Of a stretch of 64,000 bases of DNA, positions 25,943 to 39,692 are shown in pieces (within the stretch, counting starts at the first letter, position 1; each line of letters starts with the position of its first letter). The position numbers and the translations under genes are program-made. The stretch is from Octopus vulgaris (Eukaryota): positions 5,642,001 through 5,706,000 of the forward strand of contig OX597816.1 of assembly GCA_951406725.2 (NCBI GenBank), in the 5' to 3' direction. The notes under the pieces were generated by a model. That model did not search any database and was not told the DNA's origin. It was given only the letters and a program-made list of their open reading frames with translations.

Positions 25943-26255
25943 GTGGAGGCACATGGTCTAGTGGTTAGAGCAGCGGACTCGCAGTCGAGGGATCGTGGGT
26001 TCGAATCTCAGACCGGGCGATGTGTGTGTTTATGAGCGAAACACCTAAGCTCCACGCGGCTCCGGTAGAAGGTAATGGCGAACTTCTGCTGACTCTTTCG
26101 CCACAACTTTCTATCACTCATTCCTCCTGCATCTTGCAGCTCACCTGCGACGGACAGCGTCCCGTCCAGGTGGGGAACCTATACGCCAACGAAAACGGGA
26201 AACTGGCCCTCATGAGCCAAGCGTGGCTCGAGAAGGAACAAACAAACAACAACAA
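25943..26255 (+). mobile_element. SINE family C, tail type 2 (V-domain-like)
   Basis: GTGGAGGCACATGGTCTAGTGGTTAGAGCAGCGGACTCGC head; CCTGCGACGGACAGCGTCCCGTCCAGG; (CAA)n end. A partial copy lies at ~55880-55990. Confidence 0.8.
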
Positions 26256-26735
26256 TATCCAGCGACTGGTGTCGTAAGACGTAATGAGACAAAAAAGAAG
26301 CCATAGAAGAATATTGATGCAGAAACATAGCTCACCGTTCTGTTCGTCGTTCTTCGAGATAATTTCACGATGCGAAAGATTTGCGAGAATTCGACAAATG
26401 GAAATTTAAATTTGAACAATTAACAAAATAAAACGTATTGTGTGCAATAAATCGTTTTCTCTAAAGAATAAGTTTAACAGGGATAGAGTTTTATATAGCC
26501 ATCTGAAGTGGCATTTATGAAATAATGCCATTATGTTTTATGTCTTTGTGATTTATTTGAATCAATATGGCCGATTAATTCCATCGTTGAATATGCACTG
26601 ATATTCTTAGTTAATTCTAAATCATGTACAGAGTTATTCCAATCATGTTGACTCCCAAAAATAGGGATTCTTCGCGGGTTCGTAATTTGCCTCAAACTCA
26701 CAACTTCAATATATTACTGAAGTCCAGTTCTATAT

Positions 26736-27327
<592 letters not shown>

Positions 27328-28266
27328 CTGAATGAATTGTGGTAGCGGTAAACATAATAGTTGGGAGTGAGTACATGTATGCATTTTATATCTGTTTGTA
27401 TGTGTGGGTTTGTATATGTGTCCTGCATCAGCGGAGAAACCCTGTGCCGTGATCCATAACTTCTATTGAGTAAGACACATTTTCCTTTGAAGACCACCTT
27501 CTAATGTAGTTTGTGCAGATCAGAAAGTATACAGGTGATAGCCACTCTTTGTAATAATCACCTGAAATAAGCATAATAAATCTCCTTAATTCGCTCTGCT
27601 ATGTTCATTCAGTTGCTGATAAAACCTGTTCACCATAAATATAGCAGAAATGGTGTACAATCCTCTTGCACTCACGATACCCTAGGTTGTAGAGAATTAC
27701 GTAAATAAAAGAAAATTCGATTATTTGCAAACAAAACTTGATAACAAACGCCAGCAAATATTTTAAATTAATCAGAGAGAAAGTATATTTGAATCGCTTC
27801 TTGGTAATTAAATTACACCTTATCAAGTGCCTTTATTATTGAAAGTGACCATATATTAAATATAGGTTTTATGAATTATTGTCAGCTTTCAGAAAATATA
27901 AGTGTGAAAGTGAAAAATGGCGATCGGCGTTGAGAACCGAGCTTTGAATAAATAAGTAGTCAGTGACGAACTCGTAATAATTTGCTTTAACTTTCAAACA
28001 GGTAAATCAAGTAATCAATCGTTAGCTGGATAGTGACCATAAATCTTATTCAAATAATTCTATTAAATGACCTTAATTCGGTTTCCATGGCAACTAATTT
28101 CACACTTCGAGATCGTACGGGGAGATGTTAGTGATGGAAAAAAAAATGTACTAAATACACACACACATACACATTTACTTACAAATTCATAACTACTTGC
28201 ACTGACACAGATGAACACACACACACACACACGCATATATATATATATCATCATAATAATAATAAT

Positions 28267-28580
28267 CATCATCGTTTAACGTCCGTTTTCCATGCTAGCA
28301 TGGGTTGGATGGTTCAACCGTGGTCTGGGAAGCCAGGAGACTGCACCAGGTTCCAGTCTGGTTTGGCAGTGTTTCTACAGCTGGATGCCCTTCCTAACAC
28401 CAACCACTCCGTGAGTGCAGTGGGTGCTTTTTACGTGCCACCGGCACAGGGGCCAGAGCTGGCTGTCAAACAGCCACGATCGGTTGGTGCTTTTACATGT
28501 CACCGACACGGACGCCAGTCAGGCGGCGCTGGCATCTGCCACATTCGGACGGTGCTTTTTACGTGTCACCGGCTCGGGTA
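28267..28580 (-). mobile_element. RTE-tail-like retroposon fragment with three internal GTGCTTTTACGTGCCACCG-like repeats
   Basis: (GAT)n 3' tail on minus strand; internal tandem motif. Confidence 0.55.
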
Positions 28581-28615
28581 TCTTAATTACAATTTCATAT
28601 ATATATTATATACAC

Positions 28616-28710
<95 letters not shown>

Positions 28711-28749
28711 TATAATGTTTGTGTATGCGTTATATATATATATATATAT

Positions 28750-29561
28750 CATTGGCGACTCCGGCACTCGGGCTGTTCGGACTTAGCCCGAGTATAAATT
28801 TAGTAAAGTGAACATGTATTTTGAAGCTGATTTAATTTCTGCCAACACTGACTTCAAGTATGTAATTGCAGCCAATAACGCAGACTCCTTTTATCGAGCC
28901 TGGTTGCAGTTAATTTATTTTCGTTCAGTGTCTGGTGGTCGTCCTAGAGGCGTCCTGTATCAAAAAATATCATTCAAAGCAGACATTCTCTCGACATCGT
29001 TCAAACGTGCTTGACTCGGCCTCAGAAGTTACAACTCGAGTTGTTATCAATAATCGTAAAAATTAAAAGTAATTCGAATTCAATGTTTTCTTCAAACAAT
29101 AAGTTTTTATAGAGATTAGTATTCAAATTCCAATCTATGAAAAGTTTCCTTTCTACAATATTATTATTAAAGGAACGAAAAATCATCCAGCAACTCTGGC
29201 TAATACGATCGAGCCTGTTATGTGCAAAGGACTAACTGGCATCTCTTGTCAAGAGTACAGGCGACAGTCAGATCACTGATGTTTGTTGTGCACTCTGCTG
29301 TCGTTATTTGATTGCTGTTTTCATGTATAAAGATCAGTTGTGTTTTGCAGGGTTGCTATATTTTTACTTATAATTTAGAAATGGTGAGAAACATAGGTGC
29401 AGGAGTGGCTGTGTGGTAAGTAGCTTGCTAACCAACCACATGGTTCTGGGTTCAGTCACACTGCGTGGCATCTTGGGCAAGTGTCTTCTGCTATAGCCCC
29501 GGGCCGACCAATGCCTTGTGAGTGGATTTGGTAGACGGAAACTGAAAGAAGCCTGTCGTAC

Positions 29562-29603
<42 letters not shown>

Positions 29604-29947
29604 TTGTGTTTGTGTGTCTGTGTTTGTTCCCCTAGCATTGCTTGACAACCGATGCTGGTGTGTTTACGTCCCCGTGACTTAGCGGTTCGGCGAAAAGAGA
29701 CCTATAGAATAAGTACTGGGCTTACAAAAAGAATAAGTCCCGGAGTCGAGTTGCTCGACTAAAGGCGGTGCTCCAGCATGGCCGCAGTCAAATGACTGAA
29801 ACAAGAAAAAGAGTAAAGAGTAAATAAAAAATAGCCATTTGTGGCTAGAAATAAAGCGAGAAAATGTAAAATTCTTCGAGCAGGCAGGTGTCTTTAACGA
29901 AATCTGTGATGAGCCCGAGTGACGCTGATGACCTGGAGTCGCTTCTG
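28750..29947. mobile_element. Probable hAT-derived non-autonomous element with nested SINE B
   Basis: Imperfect TIR CATTGGCGACTCC / GGAGTCGCTTCTG, subterminal CACTCGGGCT / AGCCCGAGTG, 8-bp atatatat/atatacat flanks. Confidence 0.45.
29396..29820 (+). mobile_element. SINE family B
   Basis: Matches the 19447 copy. Confidence 0.88.
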
Positions 29948-29979
29948 ATATACATACATATATAAAATTTTAATAATAA

Positions 29980-30353
29980 TCTCTCTATATATAAACGGCA
30001 GTTTGTCTGTGCGTGTTTCTGTGTGTCTGTTTTCTCGTACCCTCACCCTGACCACGGCTTTCAACCGATTCTGATGAAACTTGACACACACATAGCCCAA
30101 TGTCATAATTCAAAACTAACGCAGCGAAAATTTTGAAAAGTTCCCCCAGTTCTGAAAAAAATCGATAAATTCGACATGGGGTCGAGAATCAGAAACACAA
30201 ACCGCAAACTGTCTAGGGGACGCAACTCCACCTTTTTTTACTCTCAAAAAAAATTTACCATCATTTTTTTGCTATTTTTTGGCTATAACTCTCTAAAAAT
30301 GCTTTATAGTTATTTCCCTTACAAACCTGAGCAACGCCGGGCGATACTGCTAG
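29980..30353 (+). mobile_element. Non-autonomous Helitron
   Basis: A|TCTCTCTATATATAAA...CCTGAGCAACGCCGGGCGATACTGCTAG|T. Confidence 0.75.
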
Positions 30354-30357
30354 TAGT

Positions 30358-30525
30358 TTTATATAAGCTTATAGCGACCAGCGCGTAATGACTAAGGAAA
30401 ATAGTCTAATAATGGGGCATGGGAACCCTCGACAGAAAAAGTAAGTTTTCCTCTAAGCGCGGGTCTCGAACTCACATCATGTTGTTTACGCGACTAAGTT
30501 AAGTGTGTTACCGATTACACCAGCG
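30358..30525 (-). mobile_element. Decayed tRNA-headed repeat; its tail recurs at ~30932-31030
   Basis: Minus strand GCTGGTGTAATCGGTAA...GAGTTCGAGACCC; gactaaggaaaatagtctaataatgg occurs twice. Confidence 0.5.
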
Positions 30526-30699
30526 AACTAACCTACTGCTTCCTCTCAAATTAAAGAACTAGATTAGTTCGTAGTTGTTTTTGTAAACAAACTTTCTTAT
30601 GCTTTCACTGTGAATGGTTTTGTTAAGCAGCGTCGAGTTTTACAATTGTGTAAATACTAATAATGATGCTATGTTTATATAAGCTTCAAGCTTATAGCC

Positions 30700-30930
30700 A
30701 TTTCTTTATTACCCACAAGGGGCTAAACATAGAAGAGACAAACAAGGACAGACATAGATATTAAGTCGATTACATCGGCCCCAGTGCGTAACTGGTACTT
30801 AATTTATCGACCCCGAAAGGATGAAAGGTAAAGTCGACCTCGGCGGAATTTGAACTCACAACGTAACGGCAGACGAAATACAGCTAAGCATTTCGCCCGA
30901 CGTGCTAACGTTTCTGCCAGCTCGCCGCCT
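30700..30930 (-). mobile_element. SINE family A monomer
   Basis: TSD ttcaagcttatagc. Confidence 0.88.
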
Positions 30931-32739
30931 TCAAGCTTATAGCGATCAGTGTTTAGTGACTAAGGAAAATAGTCTAATAATGGAGTATATAAGCCCTTGA
31001 CAGAAAAGTAGGTTTTTTTCCGTACGCGTGGGTAAATTGTCTGCTTGGACCCCATCCCTCTGACCGACTGCACATAGTCTAAAACCCTGCAATATAGATG
31101 TTTTAGGGAAACCGATCCGTCTTATTGTTACCACCTGCCAATGAACTAATAACAAGTAGCTGCTGATAACCAAGATATACCATCTAAGCCTTAACTATCT
31201 AACACTTAGTGATAAGTTATATAAATCCCGGCTGCTTGTAGAGATTAAAGCCTTCTATGCACCATTCTGGTCTCGTAAACTCAGATATAACCTGACATTA
31301 GGAAATCAGTTACGTTCAACAAATGCAGAAACCTTTCATACGCACCTCAACATTTGCGCAGAGATGTGGACTAAATTCTCACTCCTGCCTAAGACAATAG
31401 GGTACCTAGCGCAAATATCTCCGAGAGGACTTCGAACCCTACCATATTCCCATGCCAGTATGATAATATCGATATCGTTCTACATCCCTATCGAGTTGTA
31501 TTCCAATAGAAATGGTATATGTTGGTTTTGCTGGTGCTGGTAGAAAAGTGTAAGAAATAATATCTTTGGTGCTGCTGCTGCTGTTGTTGTTGTTGTTGTT
31601 AAGCAACAAGACGGGTAAGGGTGATTAGGTGATGGTCTAGGGCTTAGGGGCCGGAAACCCCAGACCTTGGAAAAAAAAAAAAACTTTGGTCGTCTTGTTG
31701 TAGTCGAGGGCTCTTCATGACGCCCGACACCACTGGGAGGTGGCCCTCGAGGTCGCTGGAAATAGAGATCTCCAGGTCCATTTTCTTGAACGGCTGCTGC
31801 TGCTGGTGGGGATGGATTCGGTGTTTGTGGTAGCGTTGTTATTGCTGTTGTACCTCTCACTACTGCTTTCCCTTGAAAAGCGAAAATCTTTCATTATCAT
31901 TAATGATAACTGAATAACATTTCATTGATATTGTCGGTATCGTCATGTTTGTTGTTGCTGCGTTGCTTAGAGCCTTGAAAACGAGGCCAGTCGTTGTTGC
32001 CACGCCTCCCAAATTGTAACTAACAAAAGGACAGAGAGAGGCAACAACTCTTTTCTCTGGTTTTCTGTCTCGAAACCTTCTCTTTCTTCCCGCTCCAACA
32101 ATAATCCATATCGAACATTATTATTCCTTAACAAAGAGACATATCGTTTTACAGAAAATATGCATTGATACAAATACAATAGCAAACGCAGATAATTCCC
32201 TTCGATGGCAGATTCTATAGAAGAGATAACCAAAGATCCTTGTATTCACTTTACCATGTGATAGACAACTGCTCTCTCTTCTCTTCTTACAGAGAAGGAT
32301 CTCAAATCATGAAACACTCACGCGACTATTATTGTTACACATGTTATAGCATGGGATCCTGTCCTGCAGCATCCATCTCGTTACTTCTCTCGCCTGACCC
32401 TACAACGAACGCATCTTCAGAATAGCATAGCACCAGTTAGAATATTCATTCAGGCCTCTTCTGAAGGCAATTCTTTTCTAGTGATTTCGGCACTCACCTT
32501 CTCCCCTTATTGTTCCAGAAAGATAAGAAGAGCAAGGGATTAATATAACCAACACTATCTTTCACTGTGTGTCCCGTGTTACACATCCTATCTATCGCAA
32601 CAATATACAATTGATAGAAGCGAGGGCGCCCCATCTTTAGTTTCAAAACCATGTATTTGATCCTCTAAGCATTACACTCCCTGATGTAGATTATATCATA
32701 TCATACCCCAGGCCAGTTGTTGCTTTGATGGCATAAGTA

Positions 32740-33090
32740 AATCCCCAACATGTTCAGAAATATAGAGGTAGGTATATGAGCAGTACTATGTGCAGAACTT
32801 GTCAGCACAATCTTTTAGATTTCTGAGGCATGGTTCTCCAGGGATCTTATCTAGATGTTTCTGACATCCCTTTTTATCATACCTAGGGCACCTACAATAA
32901 CAAGAACAGTTCTCGTTTTAAGACGCCACATCTTTTGTATTTCAATTTCCAGTTCCTTATATTTACTGAGTTTGTCAAATTCTTCGACATATTTTTATCA
33001 AGACTTTTTTTCCGTTTTTAATAATTATGTCTGATCGATAAACCTGGATTGTTCTGTCAGTGTTGACTGGAAAATTCCAGAATATAATCA
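32740..33090 (-). pseudogene. R4/Dong-type LINE RLE-endonuclease fragment
   Basis: KLSKYKELEIEIQKMWRLKTRTVLVIVGALG. Confidence 0.8.
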
Positions 33091-33229
33091 TGATATATAA
33101 TGTTAGACAGCCTTAAGTTATAAGGGAAATAACCTAACAACCTTAAATAACCTCATCTATTCCACGGCTAAAGTTGTAACTGCCCAACCAGCTATCAGGA
33201 CGACACAGAAAAGGACCGACCATGTAAAT

Positions 33230-33990
33230 AGACCTCCTAAGTGGAAAGTAACAATACAAAAAGAGGTCGAATCTCTGTGGACGGATGTGTCAGTTCTCGA
33301 TTAACTTGGTTGAGGAGTAAATGTTAAGACGAAGTGAGTTAGAATCTTTAAGCAAAAATATAAAATCAAAGATTTTATACACCTCCCTGCAACCAAAGAT
33401 CAATTGAAACAAGGAATACAACGGAATACACAACAAAGAATACAAAAGAATCAAATTTTTTCGACAAAACAATATATTCAAGACGGATGCAAACATATTT
33501 TATAAGGAAGTTGGCAAAAATAAGATAGAAGGAATGGAACCACCTAAGACTGAGGAAATGGAAGAATCCTGGAAGAAGATATGAAGCAACAAAAAAGAAT
33601 ATAATGCTAAAGCTGATTGGATAGATCGTGAGAAAGTGAGACTCGATGAAGTCGAAGAGCAGAAAAGGGAGGCGAGAGGAATAGATGAGCTAAGATGTGT
33701 TCTTGGGAAGCCTCACAAATGGAAAACACCAGGACTGGACCGAATTCCTAACTTCTAGATAAATTGTACAGAAGTACACCAAAATGACAGAAGTACACCA
33801 AAATGCGGCTGCATCTGAGATTGATGCCATCCAGAATCCAGAGTAAATACCTGCCTGGCTGTCTGCAGGAACAACATACCTTCTACCAAAACCCGAAGAT
33901 ACGAAAAAAATCCAAAGAACTACCGACCAATAACATGTCTCAACACCTACAAGATTCTCACATCCGTATTTACTGACAGAATATACGCTT
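33230..33990 (+). pseudogene. R4/Dong-type LINE pre-RT and RT N-terminal fragment
   Basis: WKTPGLDRIPNF, WLSAGTTYLLPK, KNYRPITCL, TYKILTS, with stops and frameshifts. Confidence 0.78.
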
Positions 33991-34182
33991 TCTTTATTAT
34001 GGCTTTTGGTGTTGTTGCTGTTGTTGTTGGAGCTAGACTTTAGCTTTCCTTCTAGCTGAACACTGAGGTCGAGGTAATCGACTCAACGCCGCTGATAAGA
34101 TCGCTGCCCTTGTGGCAAAATTTGAAACGATTATTATCAATTTTATCATCGTCATCCTCATCATCTTCATCATAATCATCAT

Positions 34183-34234
34183 TTGAAGAAGAAGAAGAAG
34201 AAGAAGAAGAAGAAGAAGAAGAAGAAGAAGAAGA

Positions 34235-34272
<38 letters not shown>

Positions 34273-34689
34273 GGAGGAGGAGAAGAAGAAGGAGAAGAAG
34301 AAGAAGAAGAAGGAGAAGAAGAAGAGGTAGAATAATAATAAGAAGAAGAAGCAGAAGAGGAAGAAGAAGAACAACAACAACAACAAGAAAGAAAGAAAGA
34401 AGAAGAAGTAGAAGAAGAAGAAGAACAAAAAGAACAAGAAGAACAAGAAGAACAAGAAAGAAAGAAAGAAAGAAAGAAGAAGAAGAAGAAGAAGAAGAAG
34501 AAGAAGAACAACAACAACAACAACAACAACAACAAAAAGAACAAGAAGAACAAGAAGAACAAGAAAGAAAGAAAGAAAAAAGAAGAAGAAGAAGAAGAAG
34601 AAGAAGAAGAAGAAGAAGAAGAAGAAGAAGAAGAAGAAGAAGAAGACAAGGTTAGAGGTATAGAACAACTTGGCAAAAGAAAGAAAATG

Positions 34690-34724
<35 letters not shown>

Positions 34725-34725
34725 G
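34183..34725. repeat. (GAA)/(GAT)/(CAA)/(GAAA) purine-rich compound repeat
   Basis: Direct reading. Confidence 0.95.
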
Positions 34726-35363
34726 ATAAACGGTAAATGTGGAATTGCTTCCTTTCTGAACGTAACAATGTTTCAAGGATAGTTTAAAATCAATTTGGGA
34801 GAAAATACAATTGTTCCATCGCAATGTTCGGCAGAAAGGTTTACATTCCGTTCCGAAGATATTCTCACTGGCGAGTATATTGATTGGGTTGTATCTGTAA
34901 GTCCAGCGAAGCATTTTACGCTATCCGCAGGAGACATATGTTCCTATCGTGTTGCGAAGCAACAGAATCGGGTCCAACATCATTGATAAAAGCTGATAAA
35001 TAGACAGAGAAACATCCGATATCACAGCGTCGGAATAATGATGTCAACTGGAACACATGCACATACATACATATGTATCTATGTACGTATGTGTGTTTGT
35101 TCCACTGTGTGTGTCTGTGTGCCATGCGTATAAATGTGTACATATGCACACTGGATAAAGATGTATGGACATGCATACCAATGTACGCCGCCTGCGTAAT
35201 GCAGCAGATGCAATGAAATTGAAAATACGTATTGGGTATATGTATACATATATATCTCTATACACACAATGCGTATATATATGATAACTTGCACATACGT
35301 GTGTATGTAATATATAATAGAAGTATATATATGCAATTAATATGTATATATATTAATATATAA

Positions 35364-35460
<97 letters not shown>

Positions 35461-35943
35461 TGGATAGATACATGGATAGGTAAATATAATTATGTATATA
35501 TATTTATATACATATATAAATGTGTGCGTGTGTGTATATACATATTATATATATACATACACATATAGTATGTATATATGTGTGCATATATGCATAGACA
35601 TATAAGGAGAGGGGTGAATGAGTGACAGGGGGAAGGGGTGAATGAGAGAAGTGAGATAATTGGTATGTATGTGGCGCCAGGAATGTCTACGAGAAATCCT
35701 GTTTTAGCAGAAAATAACCATTGTTTGGAAATTTATTCCAGATTTCTCCTAAGCTTCAACTGATACAAGGAGATATCCAGGCACTAATTTAATTCCAGTA
35801 TCTTTTTCCTGAATTAATCCTTTCCCTTATCCATATATGTGTGTTTGTATGTGTGTGTGTGTGCGCATGTGGGCGTTCCTTTATATAAATACAGGCACAC
35901 ACACACACATATATATACATTTATATATAAATATATTTGTGGG

Positions 35944-35976
35944 TACAGAAATACATATTGCATGAATGTATTTGTA

Positions 35977-36030
<54 letters not shown>

Positions 36031-36063
36031 TACAAATACATTCATGCAATATGTATTTCTGTA
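35944..36063. repeat. Perfect 120-bp palindrome centred on (TA)n
   Basis: tacagaaatacatattgcatgaatgtatttg..(TA)n..caaatacattcatgcaatatgtatttctgta. Confidence 0.9.
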
Positions 36064-36089
36064 TATATATATATGTGTGTGTGTCTGTG

Positions 36090-36121
<32 letters not shown>

Positions 36122-36186
36122 CATACATACATTCATATATATATAAGTATATATATATATACATGTGTATATATATATTTATATAC

Positions 36187-36227
<41 letters not shown>

Positions 36228-37059
36228 GATATATATATATACATACATACATACATATATAAGTACATGTATATATATATTTAGATATATATATACATAC
36301 ACACACATATATATATGCATACATTTATATGTATATACATACATATATACTTATATATATATATATATTCACACACACATATATGTAAACACACACACAC
36401 ACACATACATCTCTCCGCTTTTCGGTTGTTCAATCTTTCATTTTTTTTTTTTGTTATTTTATTACTTATTTTGTTTCGCTCCTTGTTTTTCTTCTCATCC
36501 TATTCTTTTTTTTTTTTTTTCGTTTCCTCTGAGAATCCCAACCAAACACTCAACAGAAATTGAATCTTCCTTTATAAGTTTAAACAATACATATATACAT
36601 TATCATTTATTGCCGCGCTCTATCATTATTACGACTACTGCTACTACTACTACCACCACTACGACGACGACTGTTACCGCTGCTGCTGCTGCTGCTGCTA
36701 CTGCCACAGCTATGTTATATTCCCCGTTGTATTATTATTATTATTATTATTATTGTTGTTGTTTTATTATTTCAATCATTAACCTCACGCGTACATAGAA
36801 ACTTATCTGATAACATTGTCACTGAAATGTTAAAAAAAAAAAATAAAAAATAAAGAATTATCGAAGTAGGTTTTCGTTTTTTATAACACAATCACGAAAG
36901 CCTCATAATTATATTCACAGAAACGATTGTGTAACGTTCGACTCTCTTTCCCCCCCCCCCACCTCTCTCTCTCTCAAGCATATTAATAGAATTCTGGAAT
37001 AGGTGCATATCTTTACATCCGTAATATGTGGCTTTATGGGATTATGTAATCTTTTCTTT

Positions 37060-37290
37060 TTTATCTTTTACTTGTTTCCGTCATTGCACCGCGGCCATGC
37101 TGGTGCACAAACTTGAAGAATGTTTTAATCGAATGCACCGACTCCAGCACCCATTCTTTTATTTTTTTAAAACCTGGTTTTTATCTTATCGGTCTCTTCC
37201 GATAGCCACTAAGTTACAGGGATGTAAACACACCAACATCGATTGTCAAGCAGTGGTGGAGGACAAACATAGTCACAAAGACACACACAC
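37060..37290 (-). mobile_element. Diverged SINE family B 3' part
   Basis: ttttacttgtttc..gcggccatgctgg..gattgtcaagc. Confidence 0.7.
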
Positions 37291-37297
37291 ATATACG

Positions 37298-37328
<31 letters not shown>

Positions 37329-37428
37329 ATTCATATGTACATATATATATTTATACATACATTCACAAAAAATTCATATATATATGACTTTGTATGATTG
37401 TGTATAGTAGAATATATCAATCAATGAA

Positions 37429-37710
37429 TTTGGTCTGATTTTCACGTTTTATTATTCGCAATGTTTACAATTTTACAATTTTACAATAATGAAATAAAGT
37501 AGAACTTTCATGGGTTACACATTCAACAGTTTTATGCAGTGACAGTCGTGTTCCAAAATTGACAACTGTCACAGATGTGAATTATGGGATACGACTGTCA
37601 CTAGAAACACCTGATGATTGAGTAAAACATGAAAGTACTAGTTTACTTCAATGTTGTAAAATTATAAAAATTGTAAAAATTGCAAACAATAAAACGTGAA
37701 AATCAGACCA
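37429..37710. mobile_element. Old imperfect palindromic element with hammerhead-like motif at 37605-37644(+)
   Basis: ttggtctgattttcacgttttatt...aataaaacgtgaaaatcagaccaa; aaacac-CUGAUGA-U-UG..CA-U-GAAA-GUAC-UA-guuu. Confidence 0.65.
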
Positions 37711-37731
37711 AGTTGGAATTTCATTAATCAC

Positions 37732-37811
<80 letters not shown>

Positions 37812-38196
37812 AAGATTCAGTTGAATTAGGCACTTAAATTGAAGTAGCCAATCAATACTAAGTGAATATCAAACTCTGTGCAGAAGTATTTGCATCCCCC
37901 CCACCACCAGCACTGCTACTAACCCCTAAATCCCCGTAGTTTCGACACTACACAGGCTATTTTCTAAATTTATTCTGCCAAAGAAACAGCAGCAGAATCA
38001 ACGTAAATGTTTAGGATCCAGTTGGTGATATGAATATATCAAAGCAGCTGGTTGGTCCTTTGTGTTTGAAGTCTATGCAGTCATCTGACGAAAACGGTTC
38101 CTTTGTAATGATGGAATGTTTTCATTAATCAATTAAAGGAGTCACTTTATAAGTGTCTCTATTAAGTTGTCACCTGTACATCTTTCTTACCTATAT

Positions 38197-38256
<60 letters not shown>

Positions 38257-38260
<4 letters not shown>

Positions 38261-38451
38261 ATAATTCACAAAAAAAAAATCAAAAGACGAAGACAGGGGT
38301 GGGTGTAGACAACAGACAGATGTATTAGTATAATGCTAGGGAAGTGAAAAAGTCTTTAACGTTTCGAGCCTACGCTCTCCCACAAAAAGGAACACAGAAA
38401 TAATCAAGGAGAGAAAATAAAGAATACGTAGCGGCTAGCGATCTATCGTGG

Positions 38452-38453
<2 letters not shown>
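38257..38453 (-). mobile_element. Short repeat with minimal hammerhead-like motif (38354-38389), TA-flanked
   Basis: Minus strand cttt-ttgtggga-GAGC-gtag-GCTC-GAAAC-GTT-aaag; homolog of 15795-15940. Confidence 0.6.
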
Positions 38454-38505
<52 letters not shown>

Positions 38506-39314
38506 CAGGCTTCTTTTCATTTCTGTCTACCAAATCCACTGACGATGATTTATTCGGTCCGAGGCTATAGTAGAAGATACTTGCTCAAACTACATCGCAT
38601 TGAGTCTGAACCCGGTGCCATGCCGTTCAGAAGCAATCTTCTTACCACAAAGCCACGTTTCTTTCAAAGACATGTTAGTGACACATGTTAATATTTCCTT
38701 GCCCTATCAAATATTGAAACCGCCTTGGCTTTAATATGGAGATAATGTTGTGTGATATCAGCACCAACGTTTTCACAAAGATAACCATTCTGTATGCAAT
38801 CTCCTCAATCGATCTTTATACAATAACGGTGATCAATAAGATATAAAATGCCAATATTCTTTCCTAATGCATACAACACGGCATTCCAAGTCTCTGTTAT
38901 TGCACCGTCCTAGAATTAAACCAATGATTATACTTTATATTTAGTGATCGAAGGGAAATGCGCACATTACGTGATCTTGTTTGACACTACCTGCTTGACC
39001 TGGGCTGTCTTTCACAGAGGTAACTCCGTTGTACAAATGCTCTTTCTTCATAATTACATGTCCAAATCGAAAATATATTCGCTTACACAATTTTCTGCCT
39101 CTTTTCTAATATTCATGCACTCAGATCCCAAGATTCCGGCCAGCCTTTCACACTACGTCTAACTAACTTACACAACACGCGAACCTATTACACAGTGAGA
39201 TTCAAATCTTTCTAACCTCTCAATCTCTATATTCCATATCTACTGCTTCAAAACTACACTCTTTACTCGAACTTGACCCTTAAAGGTAGTTTCATTGCGT
39301 ATGAACGTTCCTTA

Positions 39315-39692
39315 CTCCTCTCTGTCTCTCTCTCCCTCCCTCTCCCTCCATCTCTCCCTCTCTCCTCTCTTCTATCTCCCTCCCTATCCTTCTCTCTCCT
39401 TCCCTCTCCTTTTCTCTCTCCCTCCCTCTACCTCTCTCTTTCTCCCTCTCCTTCTCTCTCACTCCCTCTCCTTCTATCTCTCCCTCTCCCTGTCTCCCCT
39501 CCCTCTCCCTTCTCTACTCTCTCTCCCCTCTCCCTCTCCCTGCAACCCTTCCTCTCACTTCTCTACTCTCCCCCTCGCTTCCCCTCCCGCTGCCTCTCCT
39601 TCTCTCTCTCCCTCTCTCTCCTTTTCTCTCGTCCTACCTCTCCCTCTCTCCCCCTCCCTCTCCCTCTATCTCCCCCCTCCTTCTCTCTCTCT
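39315..39692. repeat. CT-rich low-complexity tract
   Basis: Direct reading. Confidence 0.95.

Noticed and set aside
25943-26020. tRNA-Arg-like sequence (also other SINE heads)
   Set aside because: No proper acceptor stem, and it is continuous with a multi-copy SINE body.
34033-34914. 293-aa hydrophobic ORF
   Set aside because: Poly-F/L/V/I arises from the antisense strand of GAA/CAA/GAT repeats.
37810-38190. TA-flanked insert with CTGACGA and GTCGAAAC words
   Set aside because: The half-motifs are on opposite strands and I could not fold a complete hammerhead.
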